DNA from: an uncultured Verrucomicrobiae bacterium
GTDB lineage: Bacteria; Verrucomicrobiota; Verrucomicrobiia; Limisphaerales; Palsa-1400
Direction: 5' to 3'
Assembly (NCBI GenBank): GCA_963707025.1
Contig: CAVPOM010000011.1
Location: 63,164 to 127,163, forward strand
DNA: 64,000 bases
This document shows positions 61,507 to 64,000 of this stretch, piece after piece (the stretch's first letter is position 1; each line of letters starts with the position of its first letter). A program made the translations under genes and the position numbers. The notes beneath the pieces were generated by a model. It saw nothing but the letters and a program-made list of their open reading frames with translations, did not search any database and was not told the origin of the DNA.

Positions 61507-61549
61507 ACATCACGGTTAATCCCGACAAGTCGGGACTCTGCCATTGAGC
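61507..61549 (-). other. tRNA-Asn-like fragment with the anticodon arm's 5' half replaced by a palindrome; truncated by IS3
   Basis: Minus strand GCTCAATGGCAGAG (D-arm-like) - TCCCGACTTGTCGGGA - TTAACCGTGATGT (3' part of a GTT anticodon loop and stem). Confidence 0.6.
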
Positions 61550-61788
61550 AACGTCTCCCGAATCCACCGGGCTGATTTCATGGATTTGATTTGCCGCTCG
61601 CGTTGCATGGCGGCAGAACGAGTTGGATGCTGCTCGGACCAAACCAGCTTCCAAGGGCCGTTTTTCCGTGTGAATTTACCGGCGATTCGATCGGTGCGAT
61701 TGTGATTTTCCAACCGCACCGCAAGATCGCTCGTATGGCCGGTGTAAAAGCGGCCCTCTGCATTCTCAAGAATGTATACCCAAAACAT
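61516..61788 (-). CDS. Small GIY-YIG nuclease (UPF0213/SLX1-like)
   Basis: 'WVYIL...FYTGHT..L..RL..HN', 'FT...GPWKLV', 'AMQRERQIKSMKS'. Confidence 0.92.
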   Translation of the reverse strand: MFWVYILENAEGRFYTGHTSDLAVRLENHNRTDRIAGKFTRKNGPWKLVWSEQHPTRSAAMQRERQIKSMKSARWIRETLLNGRVPTCRD

Positions 61789-61813
61789 GGAGCCAATGAA
61801 AAAGTTGGCTCCC
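61789..61813 (-). other. tRNA 3'-end-like GGGAGCCA paired in a hairpin directly before the GIY-YIG ATG; possible att site
   Basis: Minus strand GGGAGCCA-ACTTTTTCA-TTGGCTCC-ATG. AT-richer DNA extends rightwards from here. Confidence 0.5.
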
Positions 61814-62012
61814 TTGGTCTCACGATAGAAAGAACTTTCAAAATCACAGTGTCGCTAGGCGCTTCTAGGCGACAAAAGCCCTACGAAGCTACGATCTAAC
61901 GATGCGGGTCTGGGAGGCCCCAGAACCAAAAAAGATGGCCGTGTCTTAATTTCGATTTCCGGCAGATTTTGCCGGGTTTTTGGCGTAAGTTTGGCTCATG
62001 CGGGTATAAACT

Positions 62013-62792
62013 TCATTTTCCATCATACCTGCCAGCCCATTGTCCAGTCATATCTATTAAATCCAATGGGAAAACGCTCCAATGGTTTGTCCCATTGATT
62101 GTGGTTTTTTTGCTGGTGATGCAACCCAGCCGCTCATTTTGTTGGGGAATTTCAAACCGCCATTTCGTCTGTCCGTTTACAACCGCATCCACTTCCCCAC
62201 GAAGCACTGTAAATGTATTATTTGTTTCTAAACCTCTAATTTGCAAAGCTAAAGAGGCAATTTTATTGAAGTTTTTTGCAGGCATTCCCCACCCTGGATA
62301 TTCTGGGAGAGTTAACGTTGAAACGGGCTTTCTAAATTTCATGTCGCATTCTCGATCCACACCCCCTCCGAGAATGTTCGCCACGGTTACATCGGCCCAG
62401 TCCGCATTTAAAAAGAACATTTTATTGGAAACTTCATTCCCCATAAATAAAGTCAGCCACCCGCTCCAATTCGTGGTCTCGGAAGACAGGTGTATATGTC
62501 CATCTCCTTTGATGATGAATCTTGCCTCAGCCGAAAGGTCATTGATTGGCTGGTTCATTGGCTCACTTTCCCAGTCAATGATTGCGACACTTACAGCAAC
62601 AACCAATTCGATTACGACGCCAGCCGTGACCACCCACGCTCCAATTTCACGAATTTGTTTTGACCGTCTGAAATCCGAAATATTTTTATACCAGTGTTTT
62701 TCACATAGTATTTCCATTAGCAGCCCGACAAACACCACCAGCCCTCCTAGCCCCGCCCAGACCACAAACCAAAAAAGTGACGGTGTTGTCAT
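62013..62792 (-). CDS. Hypothetical membrane protein (2 N-terminal TM helices), low GC
   Basis: Hydrophobic segments 'LFWFVVWAGLGGLVVFVGLLM' and 'IGAWVVTAGVVIELVVAVSVAII'. Confidence 0.65.
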   Translation of the reverse strand: MTTPSLFWFVVWAGLGGLVVFVGLLMEILCEKHWYKNISDFRRSKQIREIGAWVVTAGVVIELVVAVSVAIIDWESEPMNQPINDLSAEARFIIKGDGHIHLSSETTNWSGWLTLFMGNEVSNKMFFLNADWADVTVANILGGGVDRECDMKFRKPVSTLTLPEYPGWGMPAKNFNKIASLALQIRGLETNNTFTVLRGEVDAVVNGQTKWRFEIPQQNERLGCITSKKTTINGTNHWSVFPLDLIDMTGQWAGRYDGK

Positions 62793-62798
62793 ACTGCT

Positions 62799-63449
62799 TT
62801 ACTTGATCGCTGTCCGTTGAATATATTCGCCCGTGTTAATCCGTCGCTCAATTTCTTTGCCAAGGGCATCCTGAAGGTGTTCCCATCCATGGTCAAACTC
62901 TCTCTTGAAATGGCAATGAGAACACGAAAGAGAGATTGGAGGGCCGAACTGGCTTGGTCTGATGTTCGTATAACGTTCAAAATCCATTTGCCTATCAAGG
63001 CGATTCAGGCAGTTAGGCTCAGGACAGATCGGCGTTAATGAATTCAAATTTATCATCCCTCGCATGTCGTAACTCCAAAGCCACATAACACCGAAAATGT
63101 GGTCATTGACGTAGTTATGAGGGTCTGGCCTTTGTGGTGGTAGTGTCTCTGGTTGTTGTGCGTTGATTGTGATAGAGTGAACAAATGCCCATAATACAAT
63201 CGGCACGGCCAGCAGAATACCTCCAAACAAAATCCATTCCCAAATGGGCAGAGTGACGGGATGAAACAACCAATCAAAATATCCACGAACCCACAGAGCG
63301 TATAGAGCAACAATTAGAAACGCAGGCAAAATTACTTTCCAGAACCGTTTGCAAAAGACCATGACCTTTTTGTATTGTATGGCCAATGTCACAAAGGTTG
63401 CCACACCCATAAATATCTCTGCGATATGTGCCCAATCTTCAAGTTTCAT
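62799..63449 (-). CDS. Hypothetical membrane protein (about 3 TM) with C-terminal Cys cluster, low GC
   Basis: AGGA RBS before the ATG at 63449, three hydrophobic stretches, 'CPEPNC...CSHC' putative zinc ribbon. Confidence 0.65.
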   Translation of the reverse strand: MKLEDWAHIAEIFMGVATFVTLAIQYKKVMVFCKRFWKVILPAFLIVALYALWVRGYFDWLFHPVTLPIWEWILFGGILLAVPIVLWAFVHSITINAQQPETLPPQRPDPHNYVNDHIFGVMWLWSYDMRGMINLNSLTPICPEPNCLNRLDRQMDFERYTNIRPSQFGPPISLSCSHCHFKREFDHGWEHLQDALGKEIERRINTGEYIQRTAIK

Positions 63450-63461
63450 TAGTCCTATCTT

Positions 63462-64000
63462 CACAGCCATCCCACAGGAAATTGGAAAAGAGTGTTGGCT
63501 TGACCATTTGAACCTGCCACAAGGCAGGCATGAAAAACAAAAAAATCAAACCAACACGGTCCCGGTTTAACGTTTTGCGCCAGATTTGCAATCTCATTCC
63601 TGCGCATGAAGTCTCCAAAATAGCGCGGGAGACCGGGGCTCTGGATAAGTCGCGCACCTTCAGTCCGTGGAGTCACACGGTCAGTTTGCTGGACGCGCAA
63701 CTCACCCATTGCATCGGACTCAACGATCTGTGCGACTCGCTGCAATTGCATTCCGGGCCGCTGTCCACTTTGCGCGGCGCCAGCGCCCCCAGCCGCAACG
63801 GCCTCTCCCACGCCAACCGGGAGCGTCCGGCCCAGATGGCCGAACAACTCTTCTGGCGGGTCCTGGAGCATTTGAAAGCACAGACGCCCGGCTTTGCCGC
63901 GGGCCAGCGCCGTGGCCCCGCCTTCCGTTTCAAGATGCCCATCCATGTGATTGATAGCACGACCATGGAACTGGTGGCCAACTGCCTGGACTGGGCTGCC
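63462..64000 (+). mobile_element. IS4-family copy 2 (left end plus partial transposase from 63530), runs off the window
   Basis: Begins CACAGCCATCCCACAGG and is nearly identical to the reverse complement of the 60.6-61.1 kb part of copy 1. Confidence 0.93.

Noticed and set aside
61507..61560. Functional tRNA gene
   Set aside because: No acceptor stem or T-arm and a disrupted anticodon arm. Reported only as a tRNA-like fragment.
63997..64000. Last 4 nt (TGCC) diverge from IS4 copy 1 (CAAG), a possible further insertion or deletion
   Set aside because: Too little sequence at the window edge to interpret.

Overview
GC-rich bacterial DNA, most likely a soil or sediment Verrucomicrobiota of the Pedosphaerales/Limisphaerales type. 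This is inferred from gene content, the C-terminal 'RFY-L' domains on secreted proteins and the style of intergenic repeats. 1-9 kb: housekeeping genes (PhoR-like kinase, DUF374, ruvA, HIT, cyclophilin, MetX-like hydrolase, PPTase, FmdB, HAD, RNase H-like) and a VapBC pair. 9-58 kb: mostly carbohydrate utilisation (GH2, GH63-like, DUF5107-TPR plus sugar porter, GH31, alginate-lyase-like, GH97, pgm-glgP, GH5, GH76, sulfatase, GH43, a Tat-exported oxidoreductase/isomerase pair), with REP/MITE-like palindromes between genes. Two IS3-family copies are present, one intact with a TTGG target duplication and one split by an IS4-family element with a 9-bp duplication. A second IS4 copy runs off the right edge. 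Most notable: (1) a small GIY-YIG gene bracketed by tRNA-Asn-like fragments, with the anticodon arm replaced by a palindrome, at the edge of an AT-richer island; (2) a secreted protein with an in-frame UGA (EYG-U-GGVC) followed by a SECIS-like hairpin, a candidate selenoprotein; (3) a non-coding region with 10-bp-phased repeat arrays. Many frameshifts, dense at 24.9-28.9 kb, look like long-read consensus errors rather than true pseudogenes.
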